DNA of 64,000 bases from Lingula anatina (taxonomy: Eukaryota > Animalia > Brachiopoda), in assembly GCA_051362555.1 (NCBI GenBank), contig CM120640.1:26646225-26710224 (forward strand), read 5' to 3'. Positions within the stretch are counted from its first letter, which is position 1. Every line of letters starts with the position of its first letter. The notes under the pieces are model-generated. The model was not told the DNA's origin. It saw only the letters and a list, made by a program, of their open reading frames with translations, and ran no database searches. The translations under genes and the position numbers were made by a program. Below, in pieces: positions 26,102 through 37,772 of the stretch.

Positions 26102-26290
26102 AGAGGTATTACATAAAACACCATTATATTGAATCATAATCATTTAAATACTTAAAAGAAAACCTTTAGTTCTTTCCCTTCATTTTTTTCAGCCATGTAT
26201 ATCAGAAAGATATTATTTTTCATTCTTGAAAGAAATTAATCGATTTCATTTACCGGTGTATTTAATTAATTTTTGCGATTAAGTGTGCCA
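26102..26290 (+). repeat. Direct repeat copy 1 (~190 bp) upstream of FoxQ2
   Basis: Aligns by eye, with scattered substitutions and small indels, to 27968-28163. Confidence 0.85.
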
Positions 26291-27078
26291 GTATGAAATG
26301 GGATTGATAAGACTTATGTGGAGCCAACACGTTGAACATGTTGAACATGTAGGTACCTGTCTAGAATGACGTCATCGTCATGTGTCGTCTGCCTATATTT
26401 CTATGAGAGGTGCAGAAAGTTTTCTGTAATTGACTTTGTGGCGCCACTCGCATCGTCGGGGTTGTTTGGCCAACAAACCGATTACAACATGGATTTCTCC
26501 TGTCAACACTCGAAACCAGCAACTCATCTCATCATTATCTACTTAAAGTGGACAAGGAGAACGGTGGCTAATTGACAAACTTCTATTTCATCGGCAAATT
26601 CCCGTCAAAATATTGTCACTTGAAATGACAAGTTAAAAGGTTCTTCATCAAACCAATTGAATAGTGAAATGTATCTGAACTATCTCAAGTGCTCCCCGTT
26701 ATAATGGTGGTTTAAATGCATTCCTTGTTAAAGTTCAGCTAAACACCTGCCGGACAAATCTGAAGGGACAAAGTGGATTTTTTCTTCCTAGGTTGCAACA
26801 GACTGACATGCTTATGAATATCTTAAGGGAAATAAAAAATAATATGATTAACAGGAAAAAAATGAACTGAAAAACAGCACAGATAATATAAGCTATGTAC
26901 AATATTCATAAACGAGTGAAAGTTTACGGAGGATGTCAAAAGTGCTTTCTTTTACATTGTAGGCCTATAAATCAGTGTTCCATTTAACATATTGACCTGT
27001 ATTATATGTTCTTAACGTTAACGTTTGTATGATCCTTTTATCACATGCATGTTAAACCTTATTTTTAAAATTGATAAC

Positions 27079-27249
27079 CAGGCCCGTAGCCAGCAATTAC
27101 AAAAGGGGGGTTCTTTTTCTGAAAAAGTGGACCTTTTCCCATAAAAACCTCCTCATGTACCTAGATCAAATTTTACCCAGAGTGGACCTTTTCCCAGCAA
27201 AAGGGGCGGTTCTTTCGAACCCCCCGAACCCCCCCTGGCTACAGGCCTG
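27079..27249. mobile_element. MITE (~170 bp) with 15-bp terminal inverted repeats
   Basis: CAGGCCCGTAGCCAG ... CTGGCTACAGGCCTG (one mismatch), flanked on both sides by ATAAC; internal repeat AGTGGACCTTTTCCCA. Confidence 0.8.
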
Positions 27250-27879
27250 ATAACAAACGAATAACAATTGTGAAAAGATTCAGGATTGTACATGTATAAT
27301 AGACAGTTTTTTCCAAAATGTATAAATGGTTTTGTTCATTTTAAATCATATGCAATCCACTTGTCTTTTATTAACACAATATGGCCTAACGATATATCTC
27401 GTATCACTACATGTATTTTCCCAATTTGAGTTCGTGACTGGAAGCATATCGGGAAGTTTCACCGTGTGTTGAAGAGGGATTTCCCGATTTTCACCTGGTC
27501 CGAGAAACAATAGTACAGTTCATACCTGTCACTTGACTCATGAGCATGCCCGGGGAACAATTGTTCAAAATTGACTTGTAGCTAAACACCTTGCAAGTGT
27601 TATTATTACCCACTCCAAACTGTGAACATAGAAACGACTTTGGCATGACCCCTGTTCCTCCTAATTGTGTCTCCTTCCAGCCTTCAAACATTCAGTAAAA
27701 TGTTGCAGTATAGCTACCTTTATTCAGTGCTTTGATCTCCTCTAAAAAACATCTCCACGGGATGATTTGCATTTGGAAATAAATGTAAACCGCCTAATTT
27801 TTTCATTTACGAAGCTAATTTTTTGCTTTAGATATGCAACATAATTATTTGACATTCTCAGTTATTGGAATTTGATAAC

Positions 27880-27881
27880 AA

Positions 27882-27924
<43 letters not shown>
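27880..27924. repeat. (AAAT)n microsatellite
   Basis: Seen directly. Confidence 0.9.
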
Positions 27925-27967
27925 AGAATTTATTCAAAATTTGAACGTCAATATGATGACTATAATA

Positions 27968-28163
27968 AGAGGCATTACATAAAACACAATTATATTGAAT
28001 CATAATCATTTAAATAGGCCTACTTATAAGGAAACCTTTAGTTCTTTCCCTTAATTTTTTTCAGCCATGTATATCAGAAAGATATCATTTTTCACTCTTG
28101 AATGACATTCATCGATTTCATTCACCGGTGTATTTAATTCATTTTTGCGATAGAAGTGCGCCA
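27968..28163 (+). repeat. Direct repeat copy 2 (~195 bp) upstream of FoxQ2
   Basis: Partner of 26102-26290. Confidence 0.85.
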
Positions 28164-31100
28164 TTAGGTAGTGTAAGTTTTCATGTCGTGAAGCGTGCGC
28201 GTGTTCAGGACATTGATACGGAGTTGAGTCTGGTAGGTTGTTCAGCAGGGGGACTAAATCTATCTCACCGGGGTCGGCGCCGACCACCCTCTGTTCACCT
28301 CACCTGATGTGAGAAACAGTAGACCAATACAGTATTTTCCACTTTACGGCGACTCTGTCCATTGCGGTGGAGAGTGAAGCGATGACTTGTTGTTACACAC
28401 CTCGGCGGAATCGTCAACATGTACTGCAAACTGTGAACAATTTGTATAGCACAAAGCTATCAGTTATTCAATGATAATTTACTATATAATTGCAGCATGC
28501 CTTTTTATCAAGCCTGTGGGCTTAATTAATCCGCTTCAAATTATGTATGTATGAGGCAGTTTTATAATTTTTTCATTATGTTTCAAAACAATCATGTTTT
28601 TAAAATTCGCAACAGTAAGCAGATTTAGGGGATTAGTTGCCATATAATAATAAAGTTAAGCAAAACGAAAGTAAATTTAAAGGGGGATATAAAGGATAAA
28701 AAATGAATTTTTCTATCTATGTTTGACCATGATATATATTGCAATTATGGTATTTATGTCTTATTGAAATATTCTATATTTTTAGCTAAAGTGTAAAATG
28801 TACCTTTATGAACCGTGTGTAAAACATACATGCACATACTTTGTAGACTATCTATTGATTAAACAATTTTTATTGGCGTCCAGAGAATTTCCAGAGTCAA
28901 TTTCACTTTTTAATTAAGCATTTACACCGACTTTCAATTTATATGTTCTTTATATATCAGTAAGTATTGTTTCTCCAATATCATGAGACTCTTTCTCAAC
29001 TTCGAGACTCGCTGAAATTGATTGGCGTTGAGTTGCATGGCTTATTGGTGCAATGTATATTGAATGAACGAATAAAAAAGAAAAAGGAAAAGAAAATTTC
29101 TTCGATAATTCTCGGAAGTGTAGTATTATACTGGTGTCTCTGGTTCACAGAAATTTTGACTCTTTACCTTTGTGGCATGTCTCTGGCGTCTAAAAATCAT
29201 AGTCTAAAACCGAAATGTCGCAAGTATTATTTCGACGCCTAAAATTGATCTTTAATCATCTTCTCGTTGCATACTACTCTCAGTCTCTTCTTATATCAAA
29301 ATATGGTAGATTTAATCGTATTCAGTAAAGAATGTAATGTTCTTGTTTGACCTTCAGCTTCCATTTTAATTTTTAAAGTGTGATTGCCAAATGGAAGGAG
29401 GCTGCGACAGTAGAAAAAAAAAGAGGGGCGTCATCCAACGGACTTCAAAACACCGTCATGCGTATTATTTGAGCTAACATTTTTATATTGGACGGCACAT
29501 GCATGGTCGTTATAAAGAGGACTGGTTTAATGGATTAGAAGCAATATTACGAAATAGGATAAATTCATATTGTATATTTTGTGAGATGTCAAAATTTCGA
29601 AGAATTCTTTTATTTACACAACGCTTTTTAATACATGCACTAACAATATCCCCAAAAGACAATAGAAATGCCAAATCCCTGTCATGGCATTGTTCGTAAT
29701 TAGTTCATTAAAGAGGCGACATGTCACATTATAATATGTCACTGTCACAATAAACGTATCATTACATGGTAGAACAAGGGTTTCAGTCCAACAGTCAGTA
29801 ATCTGTTTTCTTGCAAATTGGTCATTCCGAGAAAGAATTACAACATCCATTTTTTTCTGGAATCTTTTGACATTCAAATCTTATATGAACTGTTATATAA
29901 ATGCCTAAGATTGCATGATCAGAATAAATTTTCGTTTTCACTGGATATATTAATGACTATTAATGAATATTAAATATCATAAAATAGTAGTTAAAAGGTA
30001 ACACTTCGACGCTGGCCCGTGCCGGGTGCTGTATCGAGATTTCTCACAACACGAAAGTTGGTAGCACCTGTAACTTGAGACAATAGCCCGATATCGTATT
30101 ATTAGTGCAATATTAGCATGGTCTAGGACATTGTCTCGGGAGGTTCATAGTGAAGTGGTGACTTGTTGGTGCGAACTTAGCGTGTATCATCAATTAAAAG
30201 TACAAACTGTGAACAATCTGTCATAACCAACTTCCGTTCCTCATCCCCGGCGTGCAGAGTATGGATTATGATTAAATTTGTTTATTTTCAACGCAGTTTT
30301 AGTTGAATAAAAAACATAACTGAAAATTTCAAAATTATCAGGCGGCGACATCGCATCCGCGGACCCCACCACCCCTTCAAATAATCTTGGATCCGCCCCT
30401 GCGTCAAAGTAGACCCTCCTATTGTTTTTTAATTTAATTTTTATTGTATTTCTTTCGATGGAATAATTTTAAACTTGGCTCACAGCAATTGCACGTGTAA
30501 CTACTTTTGTTATATTTTGAAAATTTGAGCCTCATTAAGTGTCTAAACGTCGGCAAAAGCTGAAATCAATCTTTTATATTTTCAGAAACACACACACCAC
30601 GCACATTTAAAGACGTATCAATGCTCGGTACACTTTAGCAAAAATTATTTTCCTTCTCAGAAATTTCCAATACTTTTCCATTGGGATAAATTGCTAAAGT
30701 GCACGATTTAGACGTATATCTTATATGTAACTACCAAGAAAGGTATTTATAAATATAAGATAATGATGTTTTCGTCAACTGTAACCAATGATTTCTTATA
30801 TTAAAATTCTTAACGTTCGGTTAAGGCTTCAGGACTAACTTGCTCCTTTTTCTCCCGCGACCACACCCTCTATACGGGGTCGGCGCCAGGGTCACTCGAT
30901 TTTCTCGCCTGATATGAAGAAAAGAAGAGAATGGCCGATTATCTACTTGAAAATGAAATACGTACTGTTGCTTGACAAGCTTAATTGCTGCACAACGCTT
31001 AATTCCATCACCTTTCACTTGTAGCCCACGCACTATTAAGTAAATGCCAATCACTCTGCTGCAGACCGAATTTCGAGTTTAAAAATTGGACCTATATCTA

Positions 31101-32832
31101 AGCAGCAAATCGGCAAAAATTCCATCTTTATCTCCCCTTGCATACATTATTTTCATCCTATATTTGCTATAAAATAAAAAGACCTGGACGAATGATTACA
31201 AATTATTGAAAGTAAAATTTCGATAATCGGCATGCTCGTAAATTGACGCATTGTTTTGAGTGTTTAAGGAACCCCATGTGGTCGGCACCAGCATTTCCAA
31301 CATGTCAGACCAAAATCTCCACTTCACTCCACTTGTCGAACCAAAACAATCGTAGAAATTCTTAACCCCACTCGAGACGATTCACTCCCTTAGATTAGGG
31401 GTACTCGATTCATTCATCTACATAAATATCTTAATAATTCCATTAACTATGAGCATGGGAACAAACGCCCAGATAAAAGGGAAGAAATTCTTAGAGCAAA
31501 AGCAAAAGAAAATTGAAACATTGCATTTTTTATCAGTGCAGCAGTAATTGTAAACATACTGTTTTAAGTTCCTTTTTTGTTCTACTAAAATCGAAACGAG
31601 TCAATTTATACGCACTTGTAATTTCTATAATATTTCTATTAAAAACTTAAAGAAGGGGGAAAAGTTGATTTGTCTTTAGAGAAAGTGATTTCGCGTTTTG
31701 CGTCAGTGGTAGAGCGACCGTACATAATAATTCAAAGAAAAACTATTATATGTGCCTCAGAGAATGTGAATTAATAGGCAGAGTCATATCTGCCGCAATA
31801 ACTGCCACAATTTAATGTATGATTTGTATGCGCTTCTAGCAAGTCCAAGCAATTTACTTATACATAGCTGAAAATTTCAATTGTTCAAAGCGGTATCAAG
31901 CTTACTAAATACATGTATAAGCACAGTTATACACACAATGCACCAGTTGAGACGAGAAGTTTTCATCAGCTGGGTGAGTATTTAGAAGGTGGTGCAGGGG
32001 TTTCCAGGGGTATTGTGGCCATGATGTGCCACCATAAATCAGACACATGCAGTGTCACAGCCCTGGATTTTGACATTAGCAAGCATGAAACTAATGTTAC
32101 GAACACAGGCCTGTTCAAAATGAGTTGTGTGTTTACGTCATTCTCATAAACTTATCAAGATTTATTAACATCATGTTGTGCTTGGCACGTCTAGTCTGTC
32201 AGACACGATAAACTAAATTTATCTATGCAGATTCACTTAGCAAATGTTTGTACCGTTCTTTCCACAATTCACAGAAAGAAAAAAGTATTTCAATAAATCC
32301 CTTTTATTACCCTGGATATTACACAATTTATTTAAGTACATATACATGGAATGTATCATCAACAAAGAGCAATCAGAGCGCTCAGGTCTATTTTGCCTAA
32401 CCTCCTCCAGCGCTTTATTTCCCCCCGAGATATTGCCATTAGCACTCTCAAATATAGGGTGCACATACCGGGTATTTCAATGCTTGATTCGTTTTCAGAT
32501 ATATATGAACAAAAACATCCACTTTAGACTTACATGTATGTGCACTTATGCAAACCAATTACTAGCATTTTTTTCCCCCCAAGACTGCACTACACAACAA
32601 GAGAACAGCAAAGTATCGAATCAAGAAAATACATTTGCAGCCATTTAATGAAAGTAACACAACTCTGAAGCAAAAGGTTTCAGTTTAAAAGTATTAGACA
32701 TGGGCTAAAGCTAATAAAAATCAACAAAGCAAGATAACAGTGGAACTTTTTTTTGGAAGTTCGTCTATATCAACATATCTAAAACGAGACAGACATGCAG
32801 CTTGGTTTCAAAATGCCTCAAAACAAAATTAA

Positions 32833-33121
32833 GGCTGTGTTCAGAATAGTTGTTATCGTACTAGCAAGATCAATCCATCTCAGCAGGGATTTTGCTAAGG
32901 CGCAGTCAATGTAATCAGCTTAGTTGTCTGGCATGCCCCCTCGCTAAGCAACATGAACAACATCATGGTCCATAAAGTTTTACTAACTTTACCAAAGTGC
33001 TTAAAATTAAAAGGGAGCGTGCCAGAATATTAAGATGATTACTTTCATTGTGCCCTAGCGGGAATCGCAGCTGAGATGGATCGATCCTGCAAGTGTGACA
33101 ACTTCTATTCTGAACACATCC
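32833..33121. mobile_element. Long-TIR MITE (~290 bp; PIF/Harbinger-like termini)
   Basis: GGCTGTGTTCAGAATAG ... CTATTCTGAACACATCC termini; imperfect complementarity continues for ~100 bp (gatcaatccatctcagc / gctgagatggatcgatc; ctggcatgc / gcgtgccag). Confidence 0.75.
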
Positions 33122-34192
33122 TATCTCAACCACTGGTGGAGACTATAATATTATACACACATAGTCTGTGCATTAACATGTCATCATCTTCTGGATCCTG
33201 ACCTTGAACGTGTTTGTAATTTACATGGGCTAATACATTACTGAATAATTCAAGCAGACAATTCGTGGTATAAATAATAGCCTGGTGGGTGATTTTGTTA
33301 AAACAATTAACATAACGACAGACATTAACAAAAAGCTAAATACCAAATATAATGGGGCTTTAAAAAACCTTCCTACGTTTTATTGTGTGCACCACAATGA
33401 CAGTGCCATTTCATTTAAATTTAACTATTCTAAAGTAAAGAATGAATAGTACCATATCAACATTATGTGTAGAACAAGCACGGCATTGCAGGGCAATAAT
33501 TCAACCCTTCTTTTCTTCCTAACAAAACTCTGACTAACCTCCTTTCCCTTCATTCTAAAACACTATATCACATTACAGAAAAAATATTTCATTTTCTAAA
33601 TACATTTTTGTATCATGTCCCAAATATCTACTTTTTCAGAAATACAATCTATAAAAGTACCCACAAGCAACTGCTCATTGCCTTACCATAGTTAAGATAA
33701 ATGATGACCATCTCCGCTCCCAATCAGCCGCAGGAATATTTTGATAGCAGTGTCACTAGTTACAGAACTAGAGCACAATGATACAGACTGCTGATATATG
33801 TTTAATCATATTATCAATGAACAATGCCAGCATTTTGCATTGTTGACAGTGAACAATTCCACATCACTGATATGCAATACTAGCAATTTAAACTGGCAAA
33901 GAAAATATAAGTGGGTCTAATTACAAAGAATACCACAAGACATCTGTGCCAATTTTGCACAAATTGTTTCAAATGAAATACTTCTAAGTTTGTTTCAATT
34001 GGAAAAGACTAGTGTGAAAGAAGTTTCTTTACAACATCAAAATAACAAAATGACATATTCAGAATAACAGAAATAAACATGAATAAAAAAATGATAGCAA
34101 AGTGTATTAAATTATAAGACTTCTAAACACAAATAAGTTTGTGATCTGTGCTTGATTTGGTCCAACTTTCTTAAAAAAACAAGACTAGAATC

Positions 34193-35602
34193 TTAAACAC
34201 CACGTGCTGGGATAAACTTGCTACCCACAAAATAAAGTTCAATATCTTCAAGAGATTTCCCTCTGGTCTCTGGAACATATTTCCAGGAAAACAGAAAGCC
34301 TGCTACACAGAATACACCAAAGAACCAGAATGATCCAGCATCACCAAGCATATCCTGGAGGTTTGCAAAGTACTTGGTGGAGACAAAACCAAAGAACCAG
34401 TTCACAAGGACTGCAATTCCTGTTGCTGTGCCTTTTGCTTTAGTTGGAAAAATCTCAGACACAACTAACATAGGCACTGGTCCCCAGCCTAGAGAGAAGG
34501 CTATGATGTAGACTATCAGACTGCCTAATGCCAGCCAGCTCAGAGATGCAGCAGGGGTTCCCCCTGCAACTGCGTGAAAATACCAGCCAAAGGTTAGGCA
34601 AGAGATTGACATTCCAGCACCTGCAAAAATCAGAAGTGGGCGTCGTCCAGCTCTGTCAATTATTATACAAGCTAGGACAGTGAAAACTACCTGTACACCA
34701 CCGATGACCACAGATGCATATTCACTCATCTCTTTAAAGCCAGCATTCTCAAATATGGAGACAGAGAAGAACATGAAAACATTAATGCCGCTCATCTGTT
34801 GAAATACCATCAATCCTATACCGACTTTCAAGGGCCTGTAGATTGACGCATTGGTCCACAGTTCTTCAAAGGAAAGCTTTTGGTCTTGAGATTCCAAACC
34901 TTCTTCGATATCACTGCATTCTTCTTGGACATCAGTGTGAGGTCCACGAAGAAACTGCAGGCTTGCCATGGCTTCACTTTTGCGGTTGTTAGCTAGTAAA
35001 TAGCGAGGAGACTCTGGCATAAAGTACATCAATATCGCACATGCTGCTCCTGGAATTATGCTAATAAGAGCCAAGTTTGTCCACTTAAAAAACATACCAA
35101 GGGTGTACACATCTAAGATCCCGAGTGTTATCCCCAGCTGGATACCAGAGCCCAGCATTCCTCTTAATTCCTTGGTCGACACCTCAGCCACATAAACCGG
35201 CCCAACAACGGTTATCATCGCCCCTCCAAACCCAGTCAACAGGCGTCCAACGTATAATAACAACAGTTGTCCAGGCCAGACAATCAGAAGCCAGCCTAAA
35301 GTAAACGGGACAGCTGTCAGCATAAGCGTGTTTCTTCTTCCAAATTTTTCAATGGTCCAGCCTGCTACAGGTCCCCCACATATACCGCCTATTGACAACA
35401 GTGAGCCAAACCAAGCCGCCTGGTATTTATCCATCATGCCTTCTTTTTGCATCTGGGAAACAGCTGGAGAACTGTACCCGATGCTGAAACCAAACGCCAC
35501 TGCGCCAAGGCATGCTGCAACAGACGCGACAATGAGGTTTTTAACAGTCCCGTTGTACTTGGAATTCACAAGTTTTCCTCCAGAATTCAGCAACGTCGCC
35601 AT
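34193..35602 (-). CDS. Sugar porter (MFS) family facilitated transporter, GLUT8(SLC2A8)/TRET1-like, intronless CDS of 469 aa
   Basis: Single ORF with multiple TM-like hydrophobic segments and sugar-porter signatures EKFGRRN, VYVAEVSTKELRGMLG, MPESPRYL, FQQMSGIN, DRAGRRPLL, LGWGPVP, VPETRGKSLEDIE. First ATG at 35602 (the ORF-track start at 35653 is a TTG). Confidence 0.93.
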   Translation of the reverse strand: MATLLNSGGKLVNSKYNGTVKNLIVASVAACLGAVAFGFSIGYSSPAVSQMQKEGMMDKYQAAWFGSLLSIGGICGGPVAGWTIEKFGRRNTLMLTAVPFTLGWLLIVWPGQLLLLYVGRLLTGFGGAMITVVGPVYVAEVSTKELRGMLGSGIQLGITLGILDVYTLGMFFKWTNLALISIIPGAACAILMYFMPESPRYLLANNRKSEAMASLQFLRGPHTDVQEECSDIEEGLESQDQKLSFEELWTNASIYRPLKVGIGLMVFQQMSGINVFMFFSVSIFENAGFKEMSEYASVVIGGVQVVFTVLACIIIDRAGRRPLLIFAGAGMSISCLTFGWYFHAVAGGTPAASLSWLALGSLIVYIIAFSLGWGPVPMLVVSEIFPTKAKGTATGIAVLVNWFFGFVSTKYFANLQDMLGDAGSFWFFGVFCVAGFLFSWKYVPETRGKSLEDIELYFVGSKFIPARGV

Positions 35603-35670
35603 TTTTTTATCAATCTCCAAACATAGAAGAACTTCTTGACCTAAATAATGCAACTAGGTCGTCTAACATC

Positions 35671-37149
35671 ATGGCACGATTTGTGGAAGCCGGGAAGAAG
35701 ATAGTTGCAGTTGGAAGAAACTATGCGTAAGTTTATTTGACCATTTGTAGTTTTGAAGAAAATGACACACTTAAGACACACAGACCATGAGATTGCACAT
35801 AAAGTTGTTAGTTGTTGACAATTTTATTGCCATCACATCAGTCCCTCATCTGCTTATCTTCACTGGTAGAATCGGGATGATCCCGTAGAGTTTGGGAATT
35901 ATAGTGCAAAGTTCACTGACCAAGTTATGCCATATTAAGTAGACACTGATCAGGATCCCAATAAGGTTTTTCATTCATTTCAAATCTGGGTAAAATCTTG
36001 TTCTAGGTCGTACATTGGATACTGCAATACATGTACGTGTAAATTGATTATATTTGCAACGTGTTTTTACTCTTAGGGAGCATGCCAAGGAACTGGGAAA
36101 TGCACTGCCCACAGAACCTCTCTTATTTCTTAAGCCAACCACAGCATACATAACAGAAGGACAAGCAATCAAGGTATGTTTAAAGGTATACGAGATGCAA
36201 TTAAAATGCCCCAATGTCATATTTTTTGTCAGAATATCTTACAAAGCTCCCAAACTTGCCCCATTTCAGACTTCATAGTGATGGAAACCTGAAAAATATA
36301 TAATGTTGACATTTCCCGTGGAAATGTTAGATCAACTATGGGAGTCTAAAGGAATTGTCATTCGTAAGTTTAATTAGAAATATTTTGTGATTCAAGTGCA
36401 GGAATGGGTCGATCAATGATTTGCAGTTGGAGACAATTGCTTCTATCTTTTTTTTTTTTGTGTAAAAATCCCGTATAGTACAGGATACCTTAAACAAAGA
36501 AGTTATTTAATGAATTTGTGGATCATTCAAATGTACAATACTGGATTAAGAGTTTTTGAAAGCTCTTAAATGATGGAAAATGAATGTGAGAAAGTGATTA
36601 AAATAAAATAAAAAAAAGATTTACCCCCATGTTTAATAGGAAATAATTTTCATTTTTCAGGTGCCCATAACCTGTACATCGCTACATCATGAAGTGGAGT
36701 TAGGGATCGTCATTGGTGAGAAAGGTGCAGACATCTCCGAGTCAGATGCAATGAAGTATGTTTTAGGATATACCCTGGCACTGGACATGACCGATAGGGC
36801 AAAGCAAGAAGAACTGAAGAAAAAAGGACAGCCATGGTCAGTGTGTAAAGGATTTGACACCTCCTGCCCAGTCAGCAGTTTCATACCAAAGGAGAAAATT
36901 CCAGATCCTCAAAATATCCGACTGTGGTTGAAAGTGAATGAAGAAATGAAGCAAGATGGTAACACAAAGGATATGATCTTTACCATACCTCATTTGATAA
37001 GTTTTATTAGTTCTAAATTCACCCTGGAACCAGGTGATCTCATCTTGACTGGCACGCCATCTGGAGTTGGCCCAGTTCAAGCTGGAGATGTCATAGAAGC
37101 TGGTGTGGGAGACATCATTAAAGTCACTTTCCCAGTGGAGAAAAAGTGA
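35671..37149 (+). CDS. FAHD1: Fumarylacetoacetate hydrolase domain-containing protein 1 (acylpyruvase/oxaloacetate decarboxylase)
   Basis: Exons 35671-35726, 36077-36173, 36661-37149 join in frame: MARFVEAGKKIVAVGRNYAEHAKELGN...PLLFLKP...LHHEVELGIVIG...LALDMT...WSVCKGFDTSCPVS...TLEPGDLILTGTPSGVGPV. Confidence 0.93.
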
Positions 37150-37772
37150 AACAATTTCAAAGTGATTAACAATACAGAAAATAGTGAAATTCAGCTGAAT
37201 AAGCAATCTGTAATAAATGACAATCGTGGTGTAACCGGTGTTAATAGTTTTATAAAGATGGCAATAACAGTTATCTGGAAAAGTGATGTTTTAACATTAC
37301 CATTAGGATTAATTAAGTAAATACCAATAGTAGTACAATTAATGCATTATTATTATTATTATTGCTATTGTTTTAGATGCATTTTTACATAGCTTACTTT
37401 AATTCAGGTCATAAACATGAAAACCATAAAATTAATACTGAAGTTTAATGGAAGAAAAAGAAATTTAGCCACTAAATCATTGCAGAAATTGTTCTAAAAC
37501 AATTATTTATAAAATTTTCAATGCAATTGTTTTAAAATTTATTAAAAAATGAAATGGAGTTATATGATGATGTATGATACAGATGTTTTAACAGATTTTA
37601 AAAGTAAACGCCTTATAACAAATACTAAAAGCTTTTATTGATGGTATTTATTTCAGAAACAAGTGACACAATGATAGTAAGAAATGTGAACAAAATTTGC
37701 TTCACCAACCTAAATCATGTTTGCAGTCTTTGGCAGTCAAATACTTAACAACTTTAAAGATATTTTGTCAGT

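Noticed and set aside
30339-30401. GGATCCGCCCCTG end resembling a hAT-type MITE
   Set aside because: Only one convincing terminus and no target-site duplication; too fragmentary to annotate.
35603-35653. 17-aa N-terminal extension of the transporter given in the ORF track
   Set aside because: Starts at TTG, a bacterial-style start call; the first ATG is at 35602.
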